Shown here piece by piece: positions 26,553 to 39,416 of a stretch of 64,000 bases of DNA. How positions within the stretch are numbered: the stretch's first letter is position 1; each line of letters begins with the position of its first letter. The position numbers and the translations under genes are program-made. The notes beneath the pieces are model-generated. The model was not told the DNA's origin and searched no databases. It saw only the letters and a program-made list of their open reading frames with translations. Source of the DNA: Camelus dromedarius (lineage: Eukaryota); NCBI RefSeq assembly GCF_036321535.1, contig NC_087437.1:100132001-100196000 (forward strand). The letters are read 5' to 3'.

Positions 26553-27025
26553 GTTTTGTTGTTTATCTATTTTATGTATAGTGGTGTGTTAACTGTTAAC
26601 CCCAGACTCCTAATTTATCCTTCCCTCCCTTCATTCCTCTTTGATAACCATAAGGTTTTTTTCCACGTCTGAGTTTATTTCTGTTTTGTAAATGTTTGTT
26701 TGTATTATTTTTAGATTCCACATATAAGTGATATAATATTATATTTGTTTTCATCTGACTTAATATGATCATCTCTAGGTTCACCCATGTTGCTGAAAAT
26801 ATGTTATTTCATTCTTTTTTATGGCTGAGTAATATTCCATCATATTATCTATATATACATCTCAGATCTTCTTTATCCATTTTTCTGTCAACGGACATTT
26901 ACATTGCTTCCATGTCTTGGCTATTGTAAATAGCACTGCTGTGAACACTGAGGTACATGTATCTTTTCAAATTAGAGCTTTCTTTGGATATATGCCTAGG
27001 AGTGTGATTGCTGGATCATATGGTA
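26436..27025 (-). mobile_element. 5'-truncated L1 containing a (TG)22 microsatellite (26506-26550)
   Basis: Antisense ORF2 end and 3' UTR (TTAGATTCCACATATAAGTGAT, ATGGCTGAGTAATATTCCAT, GCTGGATCATATGGTA). TSD TGAGTT(C/T)ATAACTTT at 26421-26435 and 27026-27040. Confidence 0.92.
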
Positions 27026-27734
27026 TGAGTTTATAACTTTAAAAAAATGCATTACCACTTTTGAAGATCAATATTTCTTTTGATTTTCAAGCTTTCAGTC
27101 ATATACATTCAACAACAAATCTAATTTTCTACAGCCAGTATGCCTCACTACATCACATCTACCAGACAGGAAAGATGTAAGAGCCAGAAATACTGGTCCT
27201 GATAATTATGGTATTTTTGGCCTAAACTTCTATCTCAAGGTAAACTGGATCACAATCGATTCTTTCAAAGTCAAATAGATATGGGTCCATTCATTCATTG
27301 AATAAATAATTTAGTGAGAGCTAACTATGTGCCAAACACTGTTTTCAATTTGACAATGGGTATCTTATTCCATTGTCAACAAAAGATAATACAACATTTT
27401 GCACAATCTACCAGCTATCTATTTTGTAACGCCTATACAAATACATTTTTCATACCTTACTGAGCCATTTTGGACTCTTCATGCCAGTAAATCATGAGTA
27501 AGAAAGCATTCTCACCCCTAACCATTCTGGTCCCAAGTTGACTGCTCCCACTGTGGCTTTTTTTCCTATCTCACTAGGACCTCTGGTTTATTTAAAAGTC
27601 CACTTTCCTCACTCTATCACCTCTTCTCTTTCTTCAGTCCCTTCCTTATCTACCTTGTATTCCATGTCCCTTTTATCAGCAAATCTTTGGCCAATACTCC
27701 AAATTCCCTTGCTTTACTGACGCCTTATGATACA

Positions 27735-28165
27735 TCATGGCACTCAGAGTTCAATCAGACAACAGAACCACTAGGAAAAGTACAGAATCTGGGCTGAATT
27801 ACAGGGATTGGACCTTATGTGACTGTGGGAGTTGTTTTAATAGTTTATATATGACTGTTGCTTCAGTTTCTGCTCCTGAGCCTAGTCCATAAACTGAAGA
27901 AGTTGAAACTGGAGGTCCATCGGGAGCTCCAGAACCTGTGTACTGGGCTGCTGCCCATGCCAACAAAATGAAACAGTCAATCAACTACCATGTATATGAG
28001 CTGCAACAGCTCCTGGAGCCATCGCACTGATCATCAAAGCATAAAAACAATATAACTTCTGCTTCCCTTTGACCTTCCAAATCTAAAGTAAAATGTCTCT
28101 TGTGGCCCATGCTAACCCAGACCTACACAGGGAAGAAAATATCAGTCCAGCTTAGCGAATGCCAT
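27735..28165 (-). mobile_element. ERVL-class LTR, probably the 3' LTR of the adjacent ERV-L remnant
   Basis: CAGAGTTCAATCAGACAACAGAACCACTAGG..ACAGGGATTGGACCTTATG resembles ERVL LTR antisense, and it abuts the 3' end of the internal region. Confidence 0.5.
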
Positions 28166-31100
28166 GTCAACCTGGTGCTAGGATATACCTCTTTTAACAA
28201 TACTGAACTTCCAAATGAAGACAATAGCAAAAGTATGCTTCCACCTCAATCATCCCTCATACAACCAAAACACATTACTCTTCTCCATATAAGAGGATAC
28301 AAAGTTTTTTATGCATCTTTAAGTGGGATTCCTTCCTCTTCTTGCTGAGATCAATTCCCTTTTGAAAGTTTATAACTTAAATGCTAAGATATAAGGTTAA
28401 ATACTATTAAGACAGCTTATATTAGTGGTAGGGAAATGGTAGAAGGGAAGGAAAAATGATTACTGTATACACATATTCATATCAAAATTGAGAAAAAAAT
28501 CTCTCTCTCTATTATTATAATCCCTGTTTCTAAAACAGTTTGTGTGGTTAGAGTTAGTATTTACAAGTGCCTTCTTCAACTACCCATTTCATGTTCTCTT
28601 TGCCTTCAGCAAACTCCCCAGTTGGTCATGGTTCCTTGTCTGGAATGGTGACCCAAACCTTCATCCCTGAAGGATCTGGATCATTGGCATCCTGTCTGTT
28701 TGGGATTGTAGTTTCCCAGTGACTTTAACCAAAGTATACAGCAGTAGTAAGTGGCACCTCAGGGGAATCACCTACATCCCAGAAATACCCCTCCTTACCC
28801 CCGTTAGATAGAAGCAATCTAATTTCCTCTTGCAGCCAGGAACAATCACCCTAGCCAGTAGAGTGAAACCCTCCTTTGTTTATTGATTTACTGGCCTGAA
28901 GCGTCCACAGTGGTCAAGTGGCAGGCTTAACTTCCAACTTAAAAGAATCATTGCTGTATTCTCTGCTGAAGGAATTCCTCCCTTGGGAACTAAAACTTTT
29001 AGACCTTTAGATCCTAAAATTGTAGGAAAGGGAAACAAAAAAAATATTGCTAAATGGATCTCTATGGCTAATAGTGAGAGGATCCACTCCCACATCCACC
29101 CTTTGGTTCCCAGAACTGTGAATACTGGCTATGGGAGAAACAGCACCATATGTCAGTTACTGATTTAGAACACACACTGTATCCTAGAGAAAATTATCAT
29201 AGACCTGCAAGGTATAGCTACCTAGCTGACACCATAGCAAAGCTTTAAAAAGCCATTTCACTATTCTATCAAGCCAGCTGTTTCAGGACAAGGGGAATGT
29301 GGTAAGAATAGTTAATTATCTGAGCATTAGCCCATCACTGAACTTCATTTTCTGTAAAATGAGTTCTGTGCTCAGAATCAATGTTGTATGAACTGCCATG
29401 ACTATTAATAAGATATTCAATAAGTTCATGGATAGTAGTTTTGGCAGAAGTATTGCAGGGGAAAAAAAGTTAAATCTGTGTCCATTGTAAAGGTCTACTC
29501 CAGTGAGAACAAATGCTAACTTTTCCATCATACAAATAGTTTTAAGTAACCAACCTGCCACCAGTAATTGGCTAGTGCTCTCAAAGAAGCATACCACATG
29601 GGGGGAGGGGGGGCGGGTGCTCAACGTTATCTCCAGTGTTGGCAGGTTGGATACCTAATGATGTCTGAAGCCAGGTGGGCCTTACTGAGTAGAATTCCTT
29701 GTTGCTGAGTCCATGAATAATCTCCATTCGTGTCACCATGGTTACTTTGTTCATCAGCCTATTGAGCAAGAACAGGGATGTTTGGTTTAAGAGGCTAACT
29801 TAGGCCCAGAACAGGTCATCTTGTCTACCTATTATTATAATTTTCCTCTGCAGAAATTGCTCTTTTTGGTGATCATTCACATGGGACACAAATATAAATA
29901 TTCTCTGCCTATTGTGAGAGGTTTATTAAAATACTTTTTCCCCTCACCTTTGTGTCACTGATTTTCCAAACGTGTTCCTTCCCAGCTCTTAACCCCATCA
30001 AGCCAGATTATTAGCTTTCCATGCAATAATACAGACCTATACCCCCAGGCTCTCTCTTTCTAAGCAAAATGAACAACAAGGTCCACAGAACTGCCTGAAG
30101 TTCTGCCAACTGGGAAGATTTTCGTCCTCCAGTGACATTCAGGACCACCCCAAAGTGCTGCAGTCATCCACATTTTGGTGGTATCAGCATAACATGAAGA
30201 ACTGTCTTCCTTAGCTAACTGGTCATGGGAAAAATTCTCATTTGACCATCAGTTCAGGTTGAGAGGGAAGACGCAACAGAGGAGGAGTCTGAGGCACGGC
30301 CATCTGAGACACCTGCGTATGCAACTTACTTATGCCTTCAGTAGCTGCTTAAGCCCAATCTCAATACACAAAAATTCTGTTTAATGATGGAGTGTTCTAT
30401 GCTCGCTAACTTGTATCTTTTTCTCATTTTGAGAAACAACTTGCCCACAGGCCATCAAGTTACCATGCAACCTGAGCGTCTCATCATAAATTTAGTCAGA
30501 CATCCATAAACACTCAGTTGATGATGGGAAAATTAGGTTCCATGGTAACTTGGCAGCCATAATCAAGATGTTTCTCAAAATGAGAACAGCTATCTAAAGA
30601 GGATAGCATAACTTTTCTCCAAAATCTTAAAGGTCATCGTGCTGTGATTTATCCGTAAGATCCTGCCAAAGTTCCCAAATAGCAACCCTATCCCCCACTG
30701 ACACTCCAAGCACCATCATATATCCTACATTTTCCCAAGTGGCAGAACAACTTGCAGAGAAGTCTGAACTTATTATAGGGCCTTCCCTAACTCTTGGCAT
30801 CTTTCAATACTGAGAACTTTTCAAGTCACCTGGTAAATGGTCAGAATAGCAAAGCTGAATGAAGTACATGTTATCTCTAAAATCCAAAGTGGCTAACTAG
30901 GCATTGTACCTCTTTCTTCATAGTAGAAGAGGCAAAATGCAGAAATGTATCCTTAAGCTTGGAAAACTATCTGGAGATATCCCAGACACTGTGCCCCTGA
31001 GAAATTGCACCATGGTGGTAGATCACTGGATTCTGTGCAACGCATCTCCTTGGCATTCATGCACCTTAACAAGGTGTTAGGCTCACTGCTGCTCCTTATC

Positions 31101-32045
31101 AGCATGCTCGCTTTGATGTCATGGTTCAGTGTGACGCCCTTGGAATAGAAAGGTGAACAAGATCCCTGCAGACTAGATTATGGCATAAGGCAGGAGAACT
31201 GAAATAGTCCTGAAAAAGACAATGAAGTTGGATTGCTACCCTGGCAGCTGAAAGCGTATGGTCTTTAATAATAAGTATAGAGAAATAATCATTTGCCATT
31301 TTAATGGCTGCATACCAGGTCCCAGGATAAAGCACATCTGGAATAGCAGCTGCAATTGATATCACCACCTAACCACATCTGCCATAATCACTGTCATTCT
31401 CCAAGCTCCACCTATCTTCTGCAAAGGCCAAATAAGTAACCTGAACAAGGATATGGTAGGAAGCACCACCCCTGCATCTTTCAAGTCTTTGATGAGGACA
31501 TTAATCTCTGCAGATCCTCTAGGAATATGATATGACTTTTTAGTTTACTGTTTGTTTTGATAGGTAGAGACAGCTCAAGTGACCTAAACTGATCTTTCCT
31601 ACCACAGCCCAGGGAACCTATGTGGGAATTCTGACATTTTTCTGAATATTTCCATGCCAGTTACACATTCTGAAACTGAGGGATAACCACAAGGTGGGTT
31701 CAGAGACTCACAGCCTACTGGTCAACTGACACAAGTTAAAACCCCATGGATCACTTGACCTTATTAAGTCCCAGCTCTGACTGGTGAACCCTAATGGCAT
31801 TTATGCTCTCTATGAATTAGTGCCAGTTGAAAGCCAGTGTCTAGAAATCCATGAAAAACTGATTATTTACTCTTCCCCAATGTACAACCATCCTGGGCAG
31901 TGGACACAGGCTTCTCTCAGAAAGGTTAGGAGGAATATTTATATTATACGTTTTTGCTGTGTAGCAAGGTCTTTTCTCAGTGTAGCCCAGCTTCCCCCCA
32001 TTCATGCAAGGGTCTATGAACCGGTGTAAGTCTGGGAATTGGCTG
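28166..32045 (-). mobile_element. Decayed ERV-L provirus internal region (protease, RT, RNase H, integrase, dUTPase), fully disrupted
   Basis: RT remnant IAAAIPDV..PGTWYAAIKMAN..SPALCHNLVCRDL (31126-31368), integrase FVLTGVDLYNG (about 29480-29520) and dUTPase GLKVLVPKGG..LSWKLSLP (28880-29010). dUTPase placed after integrase is the ERV-L gene order. Confidence 0.9.
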
Positions 32046-32059
32046 CAGGATTATTCTTT

Positions 32060-32830
32060 CCTTCTCAATCACTAAGCTCTGTAGACTCCCCACTATCCTC
32101 TCTAGGGTGCCTTGTCTTCTCACTCTGCACTCTTGCCATAATAAAATTCATCCACATTGTGGTTTCAACTACTACCCATAATCAAAGGCTCTATATTTCT
32201 GTCTCCAGTTCAGACCACTGCTCTGGGCTGCAGCCACCTGTATAAGCACCTACCGAAATATACCTCAGATTCGACAAGTTCAAATCCAAATGCATCCCCA
32301 CTCCAGTGCTCCACATTACAGCCAGAGGCACCACCGTCTATCCATGTGAGAGAATCCCAACCCTAAGAGCCATCTCCAACACCAAGATAATGAAGAAGAC
32401 TATCTTGACTCAACTCTGGAAGATGAAGAAATTCTTACTGCAGAGCACTTATCCTGTGTAGAAAATATAAAGTCAGCAACAAAGAAAAACTAAATGATGA
32501 ACAGAAATAAGTACTAAGTTTCTGCTTATAAATTCTTATCACTTTGAAAGTGTAAAAAGAAATTCGTCATTGATTCTCATGGATTTTATCTCCTAAATAT
32601 TTCTCAAACCCACAAATTCTCTCCATCTCCACCACCAACAATCTAGTCAAACTCTCTCATTTACTATTGCAATAAATTCCTACTTGTTCTCCTCAAATTC
32701 ACTGTTGGATTTCTCTAATTTTTCTCCACACTGCAGGCAGAGATTATGAGATTATAAACTCTTCAAGTGCAATGTGTTTCTACAGAATTCATGTACCTAG
32801 CACAGTGTCCTACCCAATTATTAAGCAGGT
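32060..32830 (+). mobile_element. L2 LINE fragments
   Basis: ATCCACATTGTGGTTTCAACTACTACCCAT, CTCCATCTCCACCACC, CTCCACACTGCAGGCAGAG and TACCTAGCACAGTG. Confidence 0.65.
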
Positions 32831-33656
32831 ATTTACTGCTTCTGCTGCTATGTCTACAGCTGATAATGTTTATGGTGGGGAAATTTTAAATGGACACAAC
32901 AGTATCTTATCCAAAGGATCTCAGGGAAACAACAAACAATAGTTTGATTCTAGAAAGACACAGTAACATTCACTTTAAGCTTCTTCCTGCACATGGAAGC
33001 CTTCATCTACAGACCTTATCACATCAATGAGCTCCACAGACATGCATTTGTCTGTGAGCCTTTATCTGATCCTAAGGTTCAAAAGGATGGGTTGGTCTAG
33101 ATATCAGGAGAGAGTTAAATGCCTGAGGAGATCTGAGATATTGCACTGACTGAAAAATCTCTATTATTAATTTACAGATTTTATTGCTATTTTTATATTT
33201 CTTCTTATTAACCAATATTGACCTATATTCCTTACAGCAGAAATATGTTTATCAACTTACTGAGTTAAATCTGGCCACAATTTTGCCATATAACCTTGTC
33301 TAACTAGAAGAGATGAGCCTGGAAACATGGTCTAGTTGTGTGTCCAGGAGGAAAAGAAAGAGTGGGGAAAACACAGCATTATCACTAGGACAGTGTTAAT
33401 AGAGAATTTTATTCTATTGGGGGTTTTTTAATACATTTTAAATCAATTCTCCATTCTATTTTTTCAGTTATCATCATTGTAGCTTTTTACAAACATTTCC
33501 ACTTATGTTGCAGATGCCCATGGTTTCCATTCTAGCCATATCCACCTTTTCAGAGAACCTGACCATAGCCACTTCTTGAATAGTCTGGTCCATCATAAGT
33601 GGTCAGGAGGCCACATACATGTGCTCACAATCTAGCAAGAGAAGTTACAACAATGG

Positions 33657-34089
33657 TGTATTAGTTCCCCAGGGCTTCTGTAACAAAGAACTACAAACTA
33701 GGTGGCTTACAACAATTGAAATGTATTGTCTAACAATTTTAGAGGCTTGAAATCTGAAATCTGAAGGCATAGGGATGGCCATGTTCCTCTGAAACCTGGG
33801 AGGGAGGATTCTCCCTTGCCTCTTCCTGGCTTCTGGTGGCTGCTGGCAATTCTTGATGCCCCCTGTCTTTCAGCTAAGTCACTTCAATCGCTGTCTCTAT
33901 CATCACCTGGTGTTCTTCTCTCATGTGTCTGTGTCTTTTTTCATAAGGACCAGAATCACACTGGATTAAGGACCCACCCCACTAGAGTATGACCTCATTT
34001 TCCTTATTTCCAAATAAGGTCATCTTCTGAGGTCCTTGAGGTTAGGACTTCAACACATCTTTTTGGAGCACAAAATTCAACCCATAACA
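33657..34089 (-). mobile_element. MLT1B/C-type MaLR solo LTR
   Basis: Complete termini TGTATTAGTT..AATTCAACCCATAACA with a 5-bp TSD AATGG/AGTGG. Confidence 0.9.
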
Positions 34090-34119
34090 AGTGGGTAAAT
34101 ACCTGACACAAGCCAGACT

Positions 34120-34645
34120 GCCGCATCATGGCTTCCCCAAAGCAGAGCTTGTGATAAGACTTGTGAGTAGATTGGCTCAGATACCAGAAGGGCGTTAGCA
34201 CTTGGGGGGGGGGGGGGGTAGTGATTCCAGTGAGCAGGAGTGAGGGGGTGAGAACAGTGAGACAGGAGGGAGGAAGAGCCAATCTCGGGGTATGTTATTG
34301 AGATGGACACTGAGGACACTACCCAGGGGCTCAGTTCTGCTTGGACTTCCGGAAAAGTGTCAGAACCCCTCCCAGAACCACATGCTAGAAGGACAGAAAG
34401 CAGGAGCACCTGTGCAGCTGCTCTCACTCATTGTTTGAGGCGGTGTGAACTCGCAGGGATGTCACAAGCCAATGGACATGGACAAAGTGAGCTCCCAGGG
34501 GCGTCACTAGCATCCAGGCAGTCTCAGGGCAGGAAGCAAAGCTGCACACCTGTCAACCTGAAGTTGATGAAAACCTGCCCAGAATGTTCCACTCCAGCCA
34601 CAGCTAAATCAGAGGTGTGGCTGAGTGGACATAAACCAGGCCACC
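34120..34645 (-). mobile_element. ERVL-class LTR (LTR33-like) containing a G15 run (34204-34218)
   Basis: TTCCCCAAAGCAGAGC, GAGCAGGAGTGAGGGGG..GTGAGACAGGAGGGAGGAAGAGCCAAT and GTTATTGAG. Confidence 0.6.
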
Positions 34646-35539
34646 AGATTCCCTTTCCTGGGGACGTGGAATTAGGATTCTGAATCTATAATCCGTTGGT
34701 TGGTACACTTGAGCAGGCAGGAACTGTAAGTGCCTACAAGAGCCATATTAGGAAAATAATTTTGTTCTGCAGAAACCTAACAGACACGCAGCAATGTGCA
34801 TATGAATAAAGCAGAATAAAGCAGACATAGAGAAGATGCAAAAAGCAGAGTGCACACTTCTGCTGGAGACTGGGAGCTAGACCAGGGTCCATTTGACTGA
34901 CTAACTGCTCTCCTAGGTTTCCACAAAACCCACAGATCCACCTTCCTTGGTGTCCACAGGACAACTGTGTATCCTCTCAACAAATGCCTCTTTTTGGTTT
35001 GAAGCTCAGATGTCATATCCCTGCCACTCAAGATCTGAAGAAACTTAGATTCATCTCTAGATATGTGGAGATCAAAACACCTATTCCAAAATGACTATGA
35101 ATATTCAGGTTACTATGAATATTATTCATCCTGAAAATAAATTACAGATGAACAAAGCAATGTGAATATAAGGGAAGCGCTGAGGTGTGCATCTACTGCC
35201 CATCTGATGGGCACTGGGGAAATGCACGCCCACCACTGCCAGATTTTACAAGATGGGCAATCTGGATCTTTATTAAAATCTTCCCAATTTTGAATGATGT
35301 CATACAATTAAAATGGTTTAAAGCACTCTACAGACTAACCACACTTGTGTACCAGATTTGGCTCTTTGGGTCTAGTTTTAACCTGTCATATTCCTGGAGT
35401 CACCTCTGCCTCCAGGCTCCTGCGTTTTCTTCAGAATCATCTGACCCAACCACCCCGTGTTAAATGCAGCCTTTTACTGATTCCCACAACACAAAGCAAT
35501 CTCAGTGTGAATGCCTCACAAAAGAACAACTATTGCTGA

Positions 35540-35800
35540 ACTCCACTTAAGTGAGGTACCTAGATAATCAAATCATCTGAACAGAAAGTAGAATGATGGT
35601 TGCCAAGGGTTGGGGGGTTGGGGGAGGATTTAGTGCTGAATGAGTACAGGTTTTCAGTTTGGGACGATGACTACATTCTGGAGATGAATGATGGTGATGG
35701 TTGCACAACACTGTGAATGGATTTAATGCCACCATACACTTTGCCATGGTTAAACTGACCGATTATGTGTTAGGTATCTTTGACCACAATTTTTAAAACT
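35540..35800 (+). mobile_element. L1MB-type 3' end
   Basis: CCACTTAAGTGAGGTACCTAG..ACAGAAAGTAGAATGATGGTTGCCAAGGG..TTCTGGAGATGAATGATGGTGATGGTTGCACAACA. Confidence 0.85.
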
Positions 35801-37125
35801 AAAATTGTAAAACTCTGTGGACTTAGTGGATTTTACTGAAGATGTGGGGAAGCTCCAAGGAGGATTCTCATTATGCTAATGCAGTCTTCTACCCTCCTCT
35901 CTCCTCCTCATCCTAGTTCTGTCCCCCTCACCTCCTCCCATTGCCCTGGGAGTTACCAAGTTTCACCTCCTCTATTAGAAAGATCATTATGTTTCTAAAT
36001 AAAGATACTTCTATGCAAAAATAATTCTGGTGATTGCTATTTGAAAAATAAAAGTATCCTCCTCCTAATTAGAGAGACTGACTGAATTTCTGATTCTTTA
36101 GGACAAAAATTATCTCTGACTAAAGTACAAGTACTTAGTTACATATTTTCTAGAAAGAGTGAGATGATCTCTCCTAAGACAATCTTTAATCTACACACGT
36201 GTGATGTTATCCCAAGAAAGCTGTAGCATAGCAAATGGGTCATACTCCACATTAATATTTCCATACTTCTGAACTATGCTATGACAGAGATAGAAAAGAT
36301 GAGCTGTCAAAGAGATGTTAAAATAGAACTTTCATCTTCTGGCTTCTAAATTAGCAGCATATTAGAAAGCCATGCCTGGATATCTGAAAACAGCAGAAGA
36401 GAGAGCTGCCGCCTGTCTAATTTAATACCAAACTCCCAGGAGTAGTTTACTGTCAGAGTTTTATCATGTATTATGGAGACAAGCATTGGCAGACTTCCAC
36501 AAGATCCATATAAGCTTTTATCTCTTCCCTCGATCAGGTCATGTGACAGATAGCTGGATCCTTGCATAGGCTTTTACCACCCTTTTAGTAATACACTTGG
36601 TGATTGAGCTGAGTCCCATAAATCTAGTCCAGAGCTATGACCCCACTGGGGTTTATCCTGTTGATCTCCAACCATCCACCACACGTGTGCATTAACATTT
36701 CATAAAAGCGCCACTTACAGGTCTCCTAAAAGCTTTCTCATTTATAGGCTTGAGTCTTCAAAGACCTTATCTTTCTCAATCACTGAAAATAGTTGCTATA
36801 CCTTAATAATCATTCAAAAACAGAAGATGACTAACTTCTACTCTGCACTAAAATTCCACAATATATCAGGCGGCAACATTATACCAGAGTTATTAACAGG
36901 TGGCTCTGACTTACTCTGAGTTCCTATCCAGTCCTATAGAATCACAAAATATCAGTATTTGAAGATTAGTTAATAATTAGCTAATCCAAGGATTATACAT
37001 TACTCATCCTAGAGGAAATCTGGTTTACAGAGCTGTGTTGTTTAGCACACACCATCATTTTAAGCCTTTGGAATTGTTGACCACATTTTAAAATGTGGAG
37101 ACTGCACATCGGTATTTAGACATCT

Positions 37126-37814
37126 ATCCAGAATATATAAATAGCTTATACAACTTCATAATAAAAAAAACAAACAACCCAATCAAAAAATGGGCAGAAC
37201 ACCTAAACAAGCAATTCTCCAAGGAAGACATAAAAATGGCCAAAAGACACATGAAAAGTTTTTCAATATCACTAATTATCAGAGAAATACAAATCAAAAC
37301 TCTAATGAGGTATCACCTCACACCAGTCAGAATGGCCATCACTCAAAAGTCCACAAACGATAAATGCTGGAGAGGGTGTGGGGAAAAGGGAACCCTCCTA
37401 CACTGTGGATGGGAATGCAGTTTGATGAAGCCATTATGGAAAACAGTATGGAGATTCCTCAAAAAGCTAAAAATAGACTTACCATATGATCCAGCAGTCC
37501 CACTCCTGGTTATATATCCAGAGGGAACTTTAATTCTAAAAGACACATGCACCCCAACGTTCACAGCAGCACTATATACAATAGCTAAGACATGGAAACA
37601 ACCTAAATGTCCACTGACAGATGACTGGATAAAGAAGCTGTGGTATATTTATACAATGGAATACTACTCAGCCATAAAAAATAAAATAATGCCATTTGTA
37701 GCAACATGGATGGACCTGGAGATTGTGATTCTAAGTGAAGTGAGCCAGAAAGAGAAAGAAAAATACCATATGATATCACTCATATGTGGAATCAGAAAAA
37801 AAAAAAGACATTAA
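37126..37814 (+). pseudogene. L1 ORF2p C-terminal fragment with cysteine-rich domain; frame still open
   Basis: [66 protein letters not shown]. The ORF-track start lies outside the L1. Confidence 0.93.
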
Positions 37815-38120
37815 TGAACTTACCTACAAAACAGAAACAGACTCACAGACAGTAAGCAATCTTATGGTTACTGGGGGAAAGTGGGTGGAAAGGGATAAAT
37901 TGGGAGTTTGAGATTTGCAGATACTAACTACTATATATAAAACAAACAAGTTTCTTCTGTATAGCACAGGGAACTATATTCAAGATCTTGTAGTAATCTA
38001 TAATGAAAAAGAATGTGAAAACGAATATATGTATGTATATATGTATGACTGAAACATTATGCTATACCCCAGAAATAACTGACACATTGTAAACTGACTA
38101 TACTTCAATTTAAAAAAAAA
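37126..38120 (+). mobile_element. 5'-truncated L1 (about 1 kb)
   Basis: ORF2 C-terminus, 3' UTR and A tail. Confidence 0.95.
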
Positions 38121-38377
38121 TGATCTGGCTGCATTAGGCTGGTATCCTCACGTAGTAATGACTGGCTGGAGCCTGGAAGCCACTGACATCCTGGACAGGA
38201 CTTGCGTCCTCCACTTCACCAGTTCTCACCAAGCCAGGCGGCTTCTCACCACATGTTTCATTCATCTAAGTACCCTGCCTGGACCTTGTAAGCATTTGAA
38301 ATGTTGACCTGTATCATTTTAGAAATTAGAAAATATAAGACTATGAGTGCTGAAATGATGCCTTTAAGAGTGAATAG

Positions 38378-38558
38378 TCAGTTTACAATGTTGTGTCAAT
38401 TTCTGGTCTACAGCATAATGCTTCAGTCATACATTGTAAACTGACTATATGTCAATAAAAAAGATAGATATAGATATAGATATAGATATAGATATAGATA
38501 TAGATAGATATAGATATAGATATATACACACACACACCAAAAAATTAAGTTAAAAAAA
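38378..38558 (+). mobile_element. Tiny 5'-inverted L1 3' end whose tail became a (GATATA)n/(CA)n microsatellite
   Basis: TSD AAGAGTGAATAG (38366-38377 and 38559-38570). Antisense L1 at 38378-38434, sense L1 at 38431-38462, (GATATA)n at 38463-38525. Confidence 0.85.
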
Positions 38559-39087
38559 AAGAGTGAATAGGCAGAAAGTGACAAAGGTACCTGATAACCA
38601 AATCTTGTGTCTACACAAGCTTCTTGTGGATCCTAGAATTTATTCTTCATGAAATGCTACAGTGTTCTAAGGGATACAGTTTGAGGAAACCTGCATACAC
38701 TACAGTCTTTTCTCTTTTAAAGTTTTTCTTTAAGTTTTTTAATATGTTGTCAACTCTATTTCTGACACAAGCTTCAATTTAAGCAACAAGTTATCAAAAA
38801 ATAATTATTTCTGAATATCTAAAATAAAGATTATCTGATCTCTATTCAATATTATAGTCTAACAGTCTTATAAGCTTTATTTATGGTTTTTATTTTGTAA
38901 CTGACAGGCTTTATTCAGATTTTTTTTAATATAACAAACTTAGCACCAAAAAAGAAAACATTAGTGGTCAGATGAATGCACTTTTTTTCTGTATCTTGAA
39001 CCATTTCAAATAATGGCTATGTTTTTATCATGTGAAATGTATGTCTGTGTGTCATGTGTCCCCTTGTGTTGGAAATACAAATTTACC

Positions 39088-39343
39088 AGAAGAAAGAAAG
39101 GAAAGGAAAGGAAAGGAAAGGAAAGGAAAGGAAAGGAAAGGAAAGGAAAGGAAAGGAAAGGAAAGGAAAGGAAAGGAAAGAAAAGAAAAGAAAAGAAAAG
39201 AAAAGAAAAGAAAAGAAAAGAAAAGAAAAGAAAAGGAAAGGAAAGGAAAGGAAAGGAAAGGAAAGGAAGAAAGGAAAGGAAAGGAAGGAAGGGAAGGAAG
39301 GAAGGAAGGAAGGAAGGAAGGAAGGAAGGAAGGAAGGAAGGAA

Positions 39344-39416
<73 letters not shown>

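Larger units (their letters stand above)
37030..38310. mobile_element. MER102-like hAT element split by the L1 at 37126-38120
   Basis: Left flank TTTTAAAATGTGGAGACTGCACAT and right flank GATCTGGC..CTGGCTGGAGC..GGACCTTGTAAGCATTTGA follow the recalled MER102 order. Confidence 0.55.

Noticed and set aside
34004..34683. ORFs of 92-126 aa, one with a signal-peptide-like start
   Set aside because: They lie almost entirely within LTR remnants.
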